From the IMG/VR virus record IMGVR_UViG_3300035675_000006: a DNA stretch of 64,000 bases; one strand, 5' to 3'. Within the stretch, counting starts at the first letter, position 1; each line of letters opens with the position of its first letter. Made by a program: the position numbers and the translations under genes. Origin of the DNA: an uncultured virus (IMG/VR IMGVR_UViG_3300035675_000006). Lineage: Duplodnaviria; Heunggongvirae; Uroviricota; Caudoviricetes. This document shows, piece by piece, positions 27,725 through 37,198 of the stretch. Below the pieces are notes generated by a model that worked only from the letters and a program-made list of their open reading frames with translations, was not told the origin of the DNA and did no database searches.

Positions 27725-28663
27725 ATGGCAGCTGAAAGAGGTCCGGGCGGGAAGTTCCTACCGAAGGGACAAAAGTCCCTGCAACAGAAGGTCGAAGGAG
27801 CCGATACGCAGACGGTTCTTACAGCCGTGAAGGACGTCAAAGCTGAAGACATCGTCCAAGACATCGGTGCTCTGCAGCTCGAGACTCAGCAGAAGCTGGG
27901 CCAGCTGTCGACGGCTCTCACCACGAAGATCGCGGTTCTTCGCAACGTGGAAAGCGCCATCGGTATCAAACAGGCACGTCTCCAGGAATTGCATGAGATC
28001 GAAGCCGAAGCCATCAGTCTCGACGAGCTTCGCGCCAAGGAGGATCAAGTCCAGGAAGAGCATGCCAAGGCCCGAATCGCTCGGGACCAGCAGTGGCGTG
28101 AGGAAGAAGAACAGCATCAGAAGGAGCAGCAACGCCAGGAAGACGAGCACAACTATCAGCGTGCCTTGGCTGAAAAGAAAGCCCGGGACATGTTCCAGGC
28201 TGAGATGGATTCTACTCGGCGCCAGGAACTAATGCGCAAGCAGGACCTGGAAAAATCATGGGCAGATCGCGAAGCCGCCCTGAAGCTTCGGGAAGCCGAG
28301 TTCGCAGAGGCCAAAGCTGCGATCCAGACTTTCCCCGAGAAGATCAAGAGCGAAGTCAGCAAGGCCGAAGCGATCCTGGGTAACACGCTCAAGCGTGATT
28401 ATACCCACGCCACTGCGCTGCTGCAGAAAGACATGGACGCGGAGCGCTCGCTCAACGCGTCTCGAATCACGTTCTTGGAGAACCAACTTAAGGCCAAGGA
28501 CGCACAGATCGCGGACATCCAGACACAGCTGTCTGCTGCTCGCGCCGACGCACGGTCGGTTGCCGAGAAGGCCCTCGAAGCTGCATCCGGGAAGGAAGTC
28601 ACCAAGGCGCTTCAACAGGCCATGGAAACCCAGCAGCCGCAAGCATCGGGTCCTCGTCGCTAG
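27725..28663 (+). CDS. Long coiled-coil protein
   Basis: AGGAGG RBS; E/Q/K/A-rich heptads. Confidence 0.75.
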   Translation: MAAERGPGGKFLPKGQKSLQQKVEGADTQTVLTAVKDVKAEDIVQDIGALQLETQQKLGQLSTALTTKIAVLRNVESAIGIKQARLQELHEIEAEAISLDELRAKEDQVQEEHAKARIARDQQWREEEEQHQKEQQRQEDEHNYQRALAEKKARDMFQAEMDSTRRQELMRKQDLEKSWADREAALKLREAEFAEAKAAIQTFPEKIKSEVSKAEAILGNTLKRDYTHATALLQKDMDAERSLNASRITFLENQLKAKDAQIADIQTQLSAARADARSVAEKALEAASGKEVTKALQQAMETQQPQASGPRR

Positions 28664-28698
28664 TTGACACACCTCTGTAAAATACTAGTCTGAGTCCG

Positions 28699-28776
28699 CG
28701 GGGTGTAGCTCAGCTTGGCTAGAGCGTCTGGTTTGGGTCCAGAAGGCCGCACGTTCAAATCGTGTCACCCCGACCA
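28699..28776 (+). tRNA. tRNA-Pro(TGG)
   Basis: Cloverleaf; TCTGG-TTTGGGT-CCAGA; CCA end. Confidence 0.92.
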
Positions 28777-28779
28777 TCA

Positions 28780-28867
28780 GGCCTGGTGGCGGAACGGCAG
28801 ACGCTACGGACTTAAAATCCGTTGTCCCAAAAAGGACGTGTGGGTTCGATTCCCATCCGGGCCACCA
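28780..28867 (+). tRNA. tRNA-Leu(TAA)
   Basis: ACGGA-CTTAAAA-TCCGT; long variable arm; CCA end. Confidence 0.92.
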
Positions 28868-28889
28868 CCACTAACAAAAAGGAGAGTAA

Positions 28890-29219
28890 GTGGAAGATCC
28901 CAACAAGCTCCAACGTGATGTTTCTCTTTTGCTCAACGAAAGAGAGATGGTTGTGATTACAGCACGGGACATTTACTGCGCAAGTATCAGGGCAGGAAAT
29001 GGCTCGTCTGTTGAAGCAGCCGTTGATGTCGCTGAACAGATCGTGACCGCTGTGAACCAGAAATACGCTGAGCGTCTCAGCGAGGCCGAGGAGAAGTTTG
29101 ACACCGCGGTCGAGGAACTGCAGAATCTCAAGAAGAAGATGATGGAGGGCATGAGCCAGCAGCAGCAAGGCAAAATTCTCCGGGTACCGGGTTGCTCGGG
29201 GTTAGAATGCGGCCACTAG
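28890..29219 (+). CDS. Hypothetical protein
   Basis: AAGGAG RBS, GTG start. Confidence 0.65.
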   Translation: MEDPNKLQRDVSLLLNEREMVVITARDIYCASIRAGNGSSVEAAVDVAEQIVTAVNQKYAERLSEAEEKFDTAVEELQNLKKKMMEGMSQQQQGKILRVPGCSGLECGH

Positions 29220-29226
29220 AAGTTTC

Positions 29227-29299
29227 GGTCTCGTAGCTCAGCGGTGAGAGCGATCGGCTCATAACCGATTGGGCGCTGGTTCGAATCCAGCCGGGACCA
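29227..29299 (+). tRNA. tRNA-Met/Ile2(CAT)
   Basis: ATCGG-CTCATAA-CCGAT; T-arm GGTTCGAATCC. Confidence 0.88.
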
Positions 29300-29475
29300 C
29301 AGAAATAACCCGCACGTTTACGCTTAATAGGCTCCGAAACAGGTGCCTGCAGACCTCAGCGGTCTGCGGGTTTAACCCGATTAGGGGCATTTCAAGTTCA
29401 TGTTCAAAACCGGGCAACTACGCTACGGTGTTACGTTGTCGGGCGCACGTTTAACGGCACAAGACACGGTGCTAA

Positions 29476-29619
29476 CGAGTCTTGAGGGTAACTCAAACCG
29501 AAGGTCGCGGGTTCGAATCCCGCCCCGCGCTCAAATAGCTCTCACAAGAGAACTATCTGGGCGCGGGTAGCTCAGTGGCAGAGCATTGGCGTTTAAGTTA
29601 AAAAACCTCAGTGAACTCG
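29476..29619 (+). ncRNA. Permuted tRNA-like (YrlA-like) module within a larger structured region
   Basis: T-arm GCGGG-TTCGAAT-CCCGC, then CCCGCGC/GCGCGGG acceptor-like stem closed by a hairpin, then D-arm TAGCTCAGTGGCAGAGC; basal stem CGAGT..TGAGG/CCTCA..ACTCG. Confidence 0.7.
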
Positions 29620-29739
29620 GAACCCTGTGGCCAAAATTCGTCAGCCTCTTAAGCTGAAAAGAATTTACCAGGGGGGCCGGTGGCGGGGAAGCTGCCGGCC
29701 CTCCGCTTTTTCATTCTTCCCAACAAGGAGAACACACAG

Positions 29740-30501
29740 ATGGGCAAGCCCTTACACACGCTGTTGGTGGTCCACGATCAGCTCAAGGAGCGGGTCGCGA
29801 AGATGATTTCCGAAACCTTGAAAGTCTTCAAGGGCGGTCAGGCCAAGGTTGAGTCAGGTCCCTTGAAGGGGATTGACAAGTCCTACACTCCGATTTCGGA
29901 AGACGGGATGAAGTTCGAGCCCGTCAAAAAGAATTTGATCACAACAGTCCCTGAGAGGTTGAACTTCACGTTCGACGCCTTTGAGGCGCTGTTCGATCAC
30001 GTGGCAACCCGGGACCTGACCAATACAACCGCGTTCGCGGATGTCGAAGTCGACGGCACGGTCATCCTGAAACACATCCCCGTCGATACTTTGATCGAGG
30101 GTCAGAAGCTCCTGACCCAGATCAGAGAGCTCCTGAAAGAGATCCCGACACTGGACGGCTCCCATGACTGGAAGCCCTCGGAAAAACCAGGTGTCTGGAT
30201 GCTCGGTCCTGTCGTGACGTACTACCGGACCAAGATCACGAAGCCTTTGGAAATGGCTCCTGCAACAAAGGAGCACAAGGCTCAGATCAAGGAGATCACT
30301 GAAGACGTCATTCAGGGATCGTACTTCACGAAGTACTACGACGGGTCAATGACCAGCGCGGCTCAGGAAGCGCTGCTGGCCGAGTGTGACAAGTTGATCG
30401 CGGCCTTCAAAGAAGCTCAGAAGATCGCGAACAGCGTCGAAGTACTGAATCTGAAGGTCGGCGCTGTGATTCTGGGCCGTCTGCGGGCAAAGTTACAGTA
30501 A
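29740..30501 (+). CDS. Conserved phage protein (DUF7873-like, from recollection)
   Basis: AAGGAG RBS; G..KSY.P..EDG, IPTLD..W, PATKEHKAQ. Confidence 0.65.
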   Translation: MGKPLHTLLVVHDQLKERVAKMISETLKVFKGGQAKVESGPLKGIDKSYTPISEDGMKFEPVKKNLITTVPERLNFTFDAFEALFDHVATRDLTNTTAFADVEVDGTVILKHIPVDTLIEGQKLLTQIRELLKEIPTLDGSHDWKPSEKPGVWMLGPVVTYYRTKITKPLEMAPATKEHKAQIKEITEDVIQGSYFTKYYDGSMTSAAQEALLAECDKLIAAFKEAQKIANSVEVLNLKVGAVILGRLRAKLQ

Positions 30502-30542
30502 GCAGACGCCGCTTTTGCTCCTTTCCACGGCGTCCTTACCGT

Positions 30543-30583
30543 GTGGGGATCTAGCTAGTAATAGCTAGGTCCCCACTTTTTTT
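30543..30583 (+). terminator. Rho-independent terminator
   Basis: GTGGGGATCTAGCTA/TAGCTAGGTCCCCAC stem plus T7. Confidence 0.85.
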
Positions 30584-30609
30584 TAGCCACCTTTTTCCAG
30601 GAGACTGCA

Positions 30610-31638
30610 ATGATCAAATGTTTTTATCACGCCCACTGCGCTGACGGCATTGGCGCAGCATGGGCTGTCTACAAAACAGGGCAGGAAGCCGAATTCATCC
30701 CGATCGGCTACGACACTGCCCTGCGAATGGAAAGTCTGGAGGGGCAAGACGTCCTTGCCGTTGATTTCAGTTTCAAACCGGAGGTTCTGGCAGAGCTGCT
30801 CAAGATCGCCAAGACCGTGACAATAATCGACCATCATCAGACAGCGTACGAATATATGATCAACGATTATCCGAACATACCTTTGAGCGCTTCCAAGCTC
30901 AAACCCTATATTGACCGGAACCACTCAGGCGCCGTGCTGGCCTGGAAGCATTTCTTTCCAGGCAAGGACATTCCTGAAATACTCCTGTACATCGAAGATC
31001 GTGATCGATGGCAGTGGAATCTTGAATACTCAAAAGAGATATCCGGGTGGCTCACGACCAAATCGTGGGACAGACCGCAGTTATTCGATGCGTATGCCGA
31101 AGAACTGTTCGGAGAGAGGGGGACCTGTCTGAAGATCGGAAAAGCCGTGGCTGCATACATCGACAAGCAGGTCGAGAAAGTGTGCAACAACGCCACGACC
31201 ATGAAGTTTGACGGGTACACCGCCTGGTCAGCGCAGAGTCCCTTGCTGCAATCTGAAATAGGGCACTACCTGTTAAAAGAAAAGGCGTGTGACCTGGCTG
31301 TCATATGGAACGAGGGCGTGGATAAAATACACGTCAGCTTGCGCAGTACGGACAAGATCGACGTGTCCATCCTGCCCACTGTCAAGAAGTACAAAGGCGG
31401 CGGTCACAAGACCGCGGCTGGATTCTCAATACCGACCAACGATATTGACTCGTTCGGCCTGCACTTCATCGCCTCGATACAAGGCAGTCAAGAAATGCTT
31501 GATTTCTTTGCCAAGCATCCTATACATACGAAGCAAGCGCTGCTCCACCTAAAATGGCTGATGGACAGCATCCAGGAAGTGAAACTTGTCGATACACCGT
31601 ACTGGCCACCTAAATGGCCCAACAAGCCCAGACCCTAA
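30610..31638 (+). CDS. DHH/DHHA1 phosphoesterase
   Basis: H..C.DG, VDFS, IDHH, SLRS, GGGH. Confidence 0.88.
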   Translation: MIKCFYHAHCADGIGAAWAVYKTGQEAEFIPIGYDTALRMESLEGQDVLAVDFSFKPEVLAELLKIAKTVTIIDHHQTAYEYMINDYPNIPLSASKLKPYIDRNHSGAVLAWKHFFPGKDIPEILLYIEDRDRWQWNLEYSKEISGWLTTKSWDRPQLFDAYAEELFGERGTCLKIGKAVAAYIDKQVEKVCNNATTMKFDGYTAWSAQSPLLQSEIGHYLLKEKACDLAVIWNEGVDKIHVSLRSTDKIDVSILPTVKKYKGGGHKTAAGFSIPTNDIDSFGLHFIASIQGSQEMLDFFAKHPIHTKQALLHLKWLMDSIQEVKLVDTPYWPPKWPNKPRP

Positions 31639-32116
31639 ACACGGCCTTATACTGTCCATTGAAGGCCGTAAAATGGGAGTAACCGTCAGCATGAGCAGCG
31701 TGATGTATAATTGCACACTAGTGAATGCTGTGTTGATCGAAACAGTCAATAGCCTGCGTAGAAAGGATCCTGCGCAGGTTATTGACTTTAAAGAATTGCA
31801 TAAGTTAACCTGGCAATTCAAAGGAGGCATGCTTCAGATATTCAGGGCCCAGTGTTTAGCTGAAATATCAAAACGACCAGAAATGCTCATGCGTGTAGGC
31901 ATGCTGTATAACATGATGCTCCGGGCATGCCAGGACTTGACTACTGTATACTTGTTACTCGGTATGAAATTACCGAGAATTCTGAAATACGTGTCCGACG
32001 AGAAATTCAGACGTTACCTGTTCAAACTTCACCGTAAAGAATTTCCCCAACCGGATGACGAAATATCTTGTCATGAGTCTGACAGGATACGGCGCCTTTG
32101 CGCAGAATGGAATTGA
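31586..32116 (+). CDS. Hypothetical protein
   Basis: ORF track. Confidence 0.45.
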   Translation: MSIHRTGHLNGPTSPDPKHGLILSIEGRKMGVTVSMSSVMYNCTLVNAVLIETVNSLRRKDPAQVIDFKELHKLTWQFKGGMLQIFRAQCLAEISKRPEMLMRVGMLYNMMLRACQDLTTVYLLLGMKLPRILKYVSDEKFRRYLFKLHRKEFPQPDDEISCHESDRIRRLCAEWN

Positions 32117-32424
32117 GAATGGACATACACCTGTTGTTCCGGCCCGATCCGACATACCTGTCTATCCGCAAGGGAATCTGTGGCTGCAGCAGGCTGAACA
32201 TGACTATCACTGGCAATAAGAAAAAGAGAGAGATCGCCAACGATTTTTGTACCTATCTGTACGGGGACCTGTCAGAAGAAACACGAGAACGGCTACATAT
32301 CATGCCTTTCTCACCCAGGCAAGAAGACGAGAGTCTGCCTGCGCCGTGCATCGAATGCTTATGCGTGTTAGCCGAGGAACTGGAGAACTGGAGACATGGA
32401 CAGCCGTCTCACGTATACGAGTAA
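32098..32424 (+). CDS. Cys-motif protein (family 1)
   Basis: CIECLCVLAE. Confidence 0.55.
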   Translation: MRRMELRMDIHLLFRPDPTYLSIRKGICGCSRLNMTITGNKKKREIANDFCTYLYGDLSEETRERLHIMPFSPRQEDESLPAPCIECLCVLAEELENWRHGQPSHVYE

Positions 32425-32740
32425 CGAGGAGCTGCCAGTTTCTAAACAACAAGCATATATAGGCTGGAGCAAAAGATCAGGAACGATGTTTACAGTCCAA
32501 GGCCTTTGTGGCCGTGTGCTAGGCATGTGCTGCAATCAAGATTGGATGACACTAAAGCCCATTCCAGACAAAATAGCCATAGGCTGCAATGTGTGGTGGC
32601 AGGACAAAAGAACTAATTGGCTGGATATAGATATGACCTCAGATCATCCGAAATTAGAGGCATGCTGTCCGGAGTGTCTGATAAATGCAGCAGAATTGCT
32701 GGCTGTGTGCGAGAGGGAGAGAAGACATGGATCGAAATGA
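32396..32740 (+). CDS. Cys-motif protein (family 1)
   Basis: CPECLINAAE. Confidence 0.55.
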   Translation: MDSRLTYTSNEELPVSKQQAYIGWSKRSGTMFTVQGLCGRVLGMCCNQDWMTLKPIPDKIAIGCNVWWQDKRTNWLDIDMTSDHPKLEACCPECLINAAELLAVCERERRHGSK

Positions 32741-32942
32741 AGAATTCAAGATCATGCAGATGCTCGACGAAGTGATTTCAGAACACGCGAGTCACATCCA
32801 GGATCAAGAGAACGCTCACCGTGAAAAAGAATTCCGCATGCACATAAGTAGTGCACGCGTTCAGGCCAGGGAAGAACTCAAAGAGTTGCTCGTCAAGCAG
32901 CTGAGAGAAGCGTATCAGGGGCCCGTCGGGGACCGGTCCTAA
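32727..32942 (+). CDS. Hypothetical protein
   Basis: GGAG RBS. Confidence 0.5.
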   Translation: MDRNEEFKIMQMLDEVISEHASHIQDQENAHREKEFRMHISSARVQAREELKELLVKQLREAYQGPVGDRS

Positions 32943-33137
32943 CAACGAAAGGAGTCGAAGTGGAAGTCTACGAGGGACAGAATACAATGAAGCATTCCCA
33001 GGCACTGTTAATGGGCATATGGGGGAAGTGCTGTTGCGGGGGAAGTTTGCTTCTGAGGTACAATGAGCATCGGACTGGCGGAGAAGTGAAATGTAAGGCC
33101 TGTGAAAAGTCACATGGGAGGTTTACCAAGGAGACTA

Positions 33138-33398
33138 ATGATGGCGACCGTAACAAATCCAGGCACTGCAATACGTCGGTTTGAGAAGGGCGAGGTTCGG
33201 GATGTCCGCGGACCCATAGAAGACGAAAGCGGGATAGTATTCTTTGAATCACACATCAAAGGCCAGCCTGGTGTGCGCGAACGTAAGTGGTTTATCCAGC
33301 TGGGTAAGATCCTGAAGTGCGAGATAAACAACCCTGAGGACAAAGAGAGAAATGAACGGAAAATCCAGAAGTTCATTACCAAGTGGAATGAAACCTGA
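33138..33398 (+). CDS. Hypothetical protein
   Basis: GGAG RBS. Confidence 0.5.
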   Translation: MMATVTNPGTAIRRFEKGEVRDVRGPIEDESGIVFFESHIKGQPGVRERKWFIQLGKILKCEINNPEDKERNERKIQKFITKWNET

Positions 33399-33798
33399 CG
33401 CACTACGTAAGTTAACAGATTCGTTAGCCAAATACGCGAACCTGCCTCTCGAAGAGCTCCAGAAGAAAGTCTTCGAAGAGACGGGGGACAAGCCCTGTGA
33501 TCTGCTGGTTCCTGGTCCAGGTCTTGAAATGCGCGCTAAGAGAATGGGCGCCAGACTGTGCTTATTGGAGCTCAAGCAGCAGAAAGCGAGAGAGATAGTT
33601 GCCGAGTTGCGCCGGCGTTACGAACGTGATTGTTACTTGGCCAAGCTCGAACCAGTTAGAGTTTGGGAAGCAGATGTCCTAGATTCAATTCTCGGGTCTG
33701 GTCAGGATGCAGCTTCGCAAGAACCGTCATCAGAAGCTGGTTCGACTGAGCCTCCCGCTTCCGGGCATTCTTCGCCACAAAGCCAGCAACCGTCGTAA
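33388..33798 (+). CDS. Hypothetical protein
   Basis: ORF track. Confidence 0.45.
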   Translation: MKPDALRKLTDSLAKYANLPLEELQKKVFEETGDKPCDLLVPGPGLEMRAKRMGARLCLLELKQQKAREIVAELRRRYERDCYLAKLEPVRVWEADVLDSILGSGQDAASQEPSSEAGSTEPPASGHSSPQSQQPS

Positions 33799-34417
33799 TC
33801 ACGGTACATATCAAACCTACTACATAAGCCCAGGTCTCGTTGGTATTTACTATCACGTCTACAGCCTGTTTGGGAAACATGTTAACGTCATGACCTACAT
33901 TGCCGAAAGTAGCCTTCAGGCTGTCTACTTTCTGGTCTATCTTGTTGCTTAAGCCCACCTGACCATTGGCGTTGGCTGTGACCATGGCTTCAAGAGAAGC
34001 CTTGATCTCGTTCAGGATCTGCAGCTTAGCTTCTAGGTGCGCAGTCGCAGTCATCTGGTTGCTCAGGTTTATCTTCATGTCGTTAAGAGCATTGACAGTA
34101 CTCTCGAGCTTGGCTTTGAACTCGGCGCTGGCTGTCATGTTCGTGTCAAACTGCAGCTTGAACAGTTCTTTCAGATTAAGTTCAAGCTTGGATACTGACG
34201 CTGTGACCAGTCCTGAGAGCTGGTTCTGCGTAGTCTCGTTGCTGGCTCTTATCTCACGCGTGATCTCACCGGTGTCTACTTTCTCCGTAGTAACCTGTGC
34301 CGGCGGGACATTTATGATCGGACCTGTTGTAGTTACCGGAGCCTGGTCCTGCTTTGTGTTGTTATCAGCTACACAGCCTGACAGCAGAACCAGCAAACAA
34401 GCCAGAGCAAGTTTCAT
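33656..34417 (-). CDS. Lipoprotein with coiled coil and C-terminal TM helix
   Basis: AGGAG RBS, lipobox LSGC. Confidence 0.7.
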   Translation of the reverse strand: MKLALACLLVLLSGCVADNNTKQDQAPVTTTGPIINVPPAQVTTEKVDTGEITREIRASNETTQNQLSGLVTASVSKLELNLKELFKLQFDTNMTASAEFKAKLESTVNALNDMKINLSNQMTATAHLEAKLQILNEIKASLEAMVTANANGQVGLSNKIDQKVDSLKATFGNVGHDVNMFPKQAVDVIVNTNETWAYVVGLICTVITTVAGFVAKNARKREAQSNQLLMTVLAKLHPDQTRELNLGHLLPKL

Positions 34418-34598
34418 GTGATGTCTCCTGTGTCAAGCCACACCCAAGACACGTGAATTAACCAGTACTGCTGTGTACTCCATGAACAATTCCAACACCG
34501 GAGCCATGAACTCCGGAAATCGAGCGGCACAACAGCAAAGACAGTATATCCTGCAGCTATAAATAGCCATGTGTATTACTCCTATTTTTACGCACAGA

Positions 34599-36071
34599 TC
34601 ATCTGACAGCTTTGCGTGGAGTACCTGCATCGCGCATCACCTGTAGCAATTGGTCCACAAGGTGTTGCTTCTCTGAGGAGCGATTTTGCATGTACCGATC
34701 GGACCCGATGTCAGGATCGGCCAGGCCGAGTCTTTCCATCCAACCCTGCGCAGGAACTGCGTAGAAGCGTTGGACTTTCACGTGGCGTTCATTTTCTGGG
34801 AGGTGAGCATGAGATTTGTGACGTACAGCGCGCCCGACGACCTGATCGATACGAGCGTTATTCCAGTGGGGCTCCATAACTTGAACAAGCTTGGTGCCTT
34901 TCAAGTCAAGTCCCTCAGCACCGGCACCGGATATAAGCAGGACTTTGATCTTGCCCTGATTATACGCCTCCACCATTTTACGCCGCTCTTTGTCGCCGAT
35001 CTCGCCTGTGAATACAGCATTGGATATACCAGCTGCAGACAACTTACTGGCGAGAGGCTTTATCCCGCTGTCAAGATAATTGGAATAAACTACCCCACGG
35101 AAATTAGGATCAGCTGACATGTGTTTATTTATTTCATGATGCATGCGCTGTAGTTTTGGCGAATGTTCGAACGGGTCACCTCCGAATGCAGTACTGTATG
35201 AAGCAGGATTATTAGAAACCTGCCGTACGGCATTTAGGAAAGAGTTCAGGCGAATAGCTTCGGCTTTGGTAGGCGGTAGGTTGTGTCTGACTTTGTACTC
35301 GAGTGTCGGATCAGTAGCCATCAGGCCGCGGTACAAATCTGTTTGCGGGCTGGACATGTTAACTTCTATGTCCTGCTCATGCTTATTAGGAAACTCACCG
35401 GAACTCGGGTGATAGTCTACGCGGCCCGCCATAAGCTGCTTGAGCACGCCTGTGTTCTTAAGTGTCGGTTCGACACCAGGATCTATTCCTCTGATCCAAT
35501 CAACCCAACCTTGCTGACGAGGTTTGTACTCTATGAACTGCTGTTCGAATTCTTCCTTGGTTTTGGGCACAGCTCTGTCAGGCGCGATTGCTTTTAACAA
35601 AGGCACTATCTCTGACGGATCATTTCTCACCGGAGTACCGGTCAGAAGCACTTTCTTGCCCGCAGCCATTTCTGGAAGTTTGGACAGAGCCGATTCGGGA
35701 CGGCCCATACGGTGTGCTTCATCAAAGACAGTTATGTCTCCTGGATCGACAGCACCTGTTCGAACTGCTTTGGAATAAGAAGTAATGCCGTAATCTTCGC
35801 CTTCACCGCGGAACTTGGTCAGATCTTTCTTGTAGTTCTCACGCAATGCGGCAGGCACGACAACGGTTTTCTTGCCACCGATGCCTTCTGCTGCGGCGAT
35901 GCTGGCTAGAGTCTTGCCGCTGCCCAGACCATGATAAACAAGCATGCCAGTATTAGGCGGCAACGCTTTGACTTTCTCGGCAACACGAGTCTGCTGCGGG
36001 CCCAGGACTACTTCGGGCTTCAGATCGGCAAGCTTAAAAAGTAATTTCCGTACTTCGGTTTCCAGTGGCAT
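34599..36071 (-). CDS. SF2 (SNF2-like) helicase/ATPase
   Basis: HGLGSGKT, DEAH, LTGTP, EGLDL, QVVGRAVR. Confidence 0.9.
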   Translation of the reverse strand: MPLETEVRKLLFKLADLKPEVVLGPQQTRVAEKVKALPPNTGMLVYHGLGSGKTLASIAAAEGIGGKKTVVVPAALRENYKKDLTKFRGEGEDYGITSYSKAVRTGAVDPGDITVFDEAHRMGRPESALSKLPEMAAGKKVLLTGTPVRNDPSEIVPLLKAIAPDRAVPKTKEEFEQQFIEYKPRQQGWVDWIRGIDPGVEPTLKNTGVLKQLMAGRVDYHPSSGEFPNKHEQDIEVNMSSPQTDLYRGLMATDPTLEYKVRHNLPPTKAEAIRLNSFLNAVRQVSNNPASYSTAFGGDPFEHSPKLQRMHHEINKHMSADPNFRGVVYSNYLDSGIKPLASKLSAAGISNAVFTGEIGDKERRKMVEAYNQGKIKVLLISGAGAEGLDLKGTKLVQVMEPHWNNARIDQVVGRAVRHKSHAHLPENERHVKVQRFYAVPAQGWMERLGLADPDIGSDRYMQNRSSEKQHLVDQLLQVMRDAGTPRKAVR

Positions 36072-36119
36072 ATTTGCATCTCCGGTATTAGTTTACTGGA
36101 CATATGCCCTGAAGCAAGG

Positions 36120-36195
36120 GCCACCGTAGCTCAGCGAGAAGAGCTGCGCTTTTGTAAAGCGCAGGTCGGGGGTGCAAATCCCTCCGGTGGCTCCA
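36120..36195 (+). tRNA. tRNA-Thr(TGT)
   Basis: GCGCT-TTTGTAA-AGCGC; GCCACCG/CGGTGGC acceptor; CCA end. Confidence 0.85.
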
Positions 36196-36434
36196 TTTAA
36201 CCCAATTACCATGGAGGTGACTCGTGCTGTACGGGGGAATGGATAGCCCAAAGACGGGAGATAGATTAAACCTAAATGGCAAGAGGTATGTCATAACTCG
36301 CACGACAGGATATGGCTACACCATTGAACCGGAAGGGATGAACTGGTGGAAGCGGATGCTCGCGAAGTTCTGTTGCTGGATAATGGACACAACTGGATCA
36401 AGGTAAATCGGGTAGCCTTCATAAAGGAGCCAAG

Positions 36435-36653
36435 ATGGTCGACACCCTGATGTGGATTGTAATGGCAGTCGCGCTAATAGGTAACATCCTGGTCATAAAA
36501 AAAAACCGTAACGGATTCATGCTATGGTTCGTGACAAACTGGCTGTGGGTCGCTTACGACCTTGATAAAGGCGCTCATGCTCAAGCAGCCATGATGCTTA
36601 TCTACGCAGGACTGGCAGCCTGGGGCTGGATCGCCTGGAAGAAAGATCCATGA
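36435..36653 (+). CDS. Small 3-TM membrane protein (PnuC-like half)
   Basis: Three hydrophobic segments, G..LW...N..W and WGW..W. Confidence 0.6.
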   Translation: MVDTLMWIVMAVALIGNILVIKKNRNGFMLWFVTNWLWVAYDLDKGAHAQAAMMLIYAGLAAWGWIAWKKDP

Positions 36654-36766
36654 ACTACGGACTAAGCAATGACTGGCAGCAAGCACATGGTTGTCTGCAA
36701 GAAATACTGATCTGGCTAGGTGTCATGTCTCTGGTTGGTTTGATCTGGTGCTTATTGGTAGGATAA

Positions 36767-37198
36767 GTGCAAACCTTCCTGCCCTATCCTGACTTTCAAG
36801 AATCAGCCAGGTGTCTTGATAATCGACGCCTTGGAAAACAGCGTGTAGAAGGCTTCCAGATAATGCGTGTGCTGATTGGACTGAGCACAGGTTGGCAAAA
36901 CCACCCAGCTGTACGCATGTGGCGCGGCTATGTCGGATCTCTCGCAAATTACACAGTAGTCTGTTGCGATGAATGGATCCGCCGCGGTTATCGGGACAGT
37001 ATTCGTTTCCAGGTCGAATGCCTGATAACGCCTTACGAAAAGTACGCGTTGCCTTACTGGCTGGGCAATCCAGAGTTTCATACCAGCCATCGCAGTAATC
37101 TGCTACGTAAAGATCCTGTCTTTTACGGACGGTACGGCTGGACCGAACCTTCGGATCTTCCATACGTGTGGCCAAAGGAGAAACAGAAATGGGTGTGA
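36767..37198 (+). CDS. Pyrimidine-dimer DNA glycosylase-like (MSMEG_6728 family)
   Basis: MQTFLP, LD..RLGKQRVE, HPAVRMW, SHRSNLLRKDP. Confidence 0.85.
   Translation: MQTFLPYPDFQESARCLDNRRLGKQRVEGFQIMRVLIGLSTGWQNHPAVRMWRGYVGSLANYTVVCCDEWIRRGYRDSIRFQVECLITPYEKYALPYWLGNPEFHTSHRSNLLRKDPVFYGRYGWTEPSDLPYVWPKEKQKWV

Noticed and set aside
29499..29590. Ordinary tRNA gene
   Set aside because: Halves are in permuted order with no anticodon loop or CCA end; reported as YrlA-like instead
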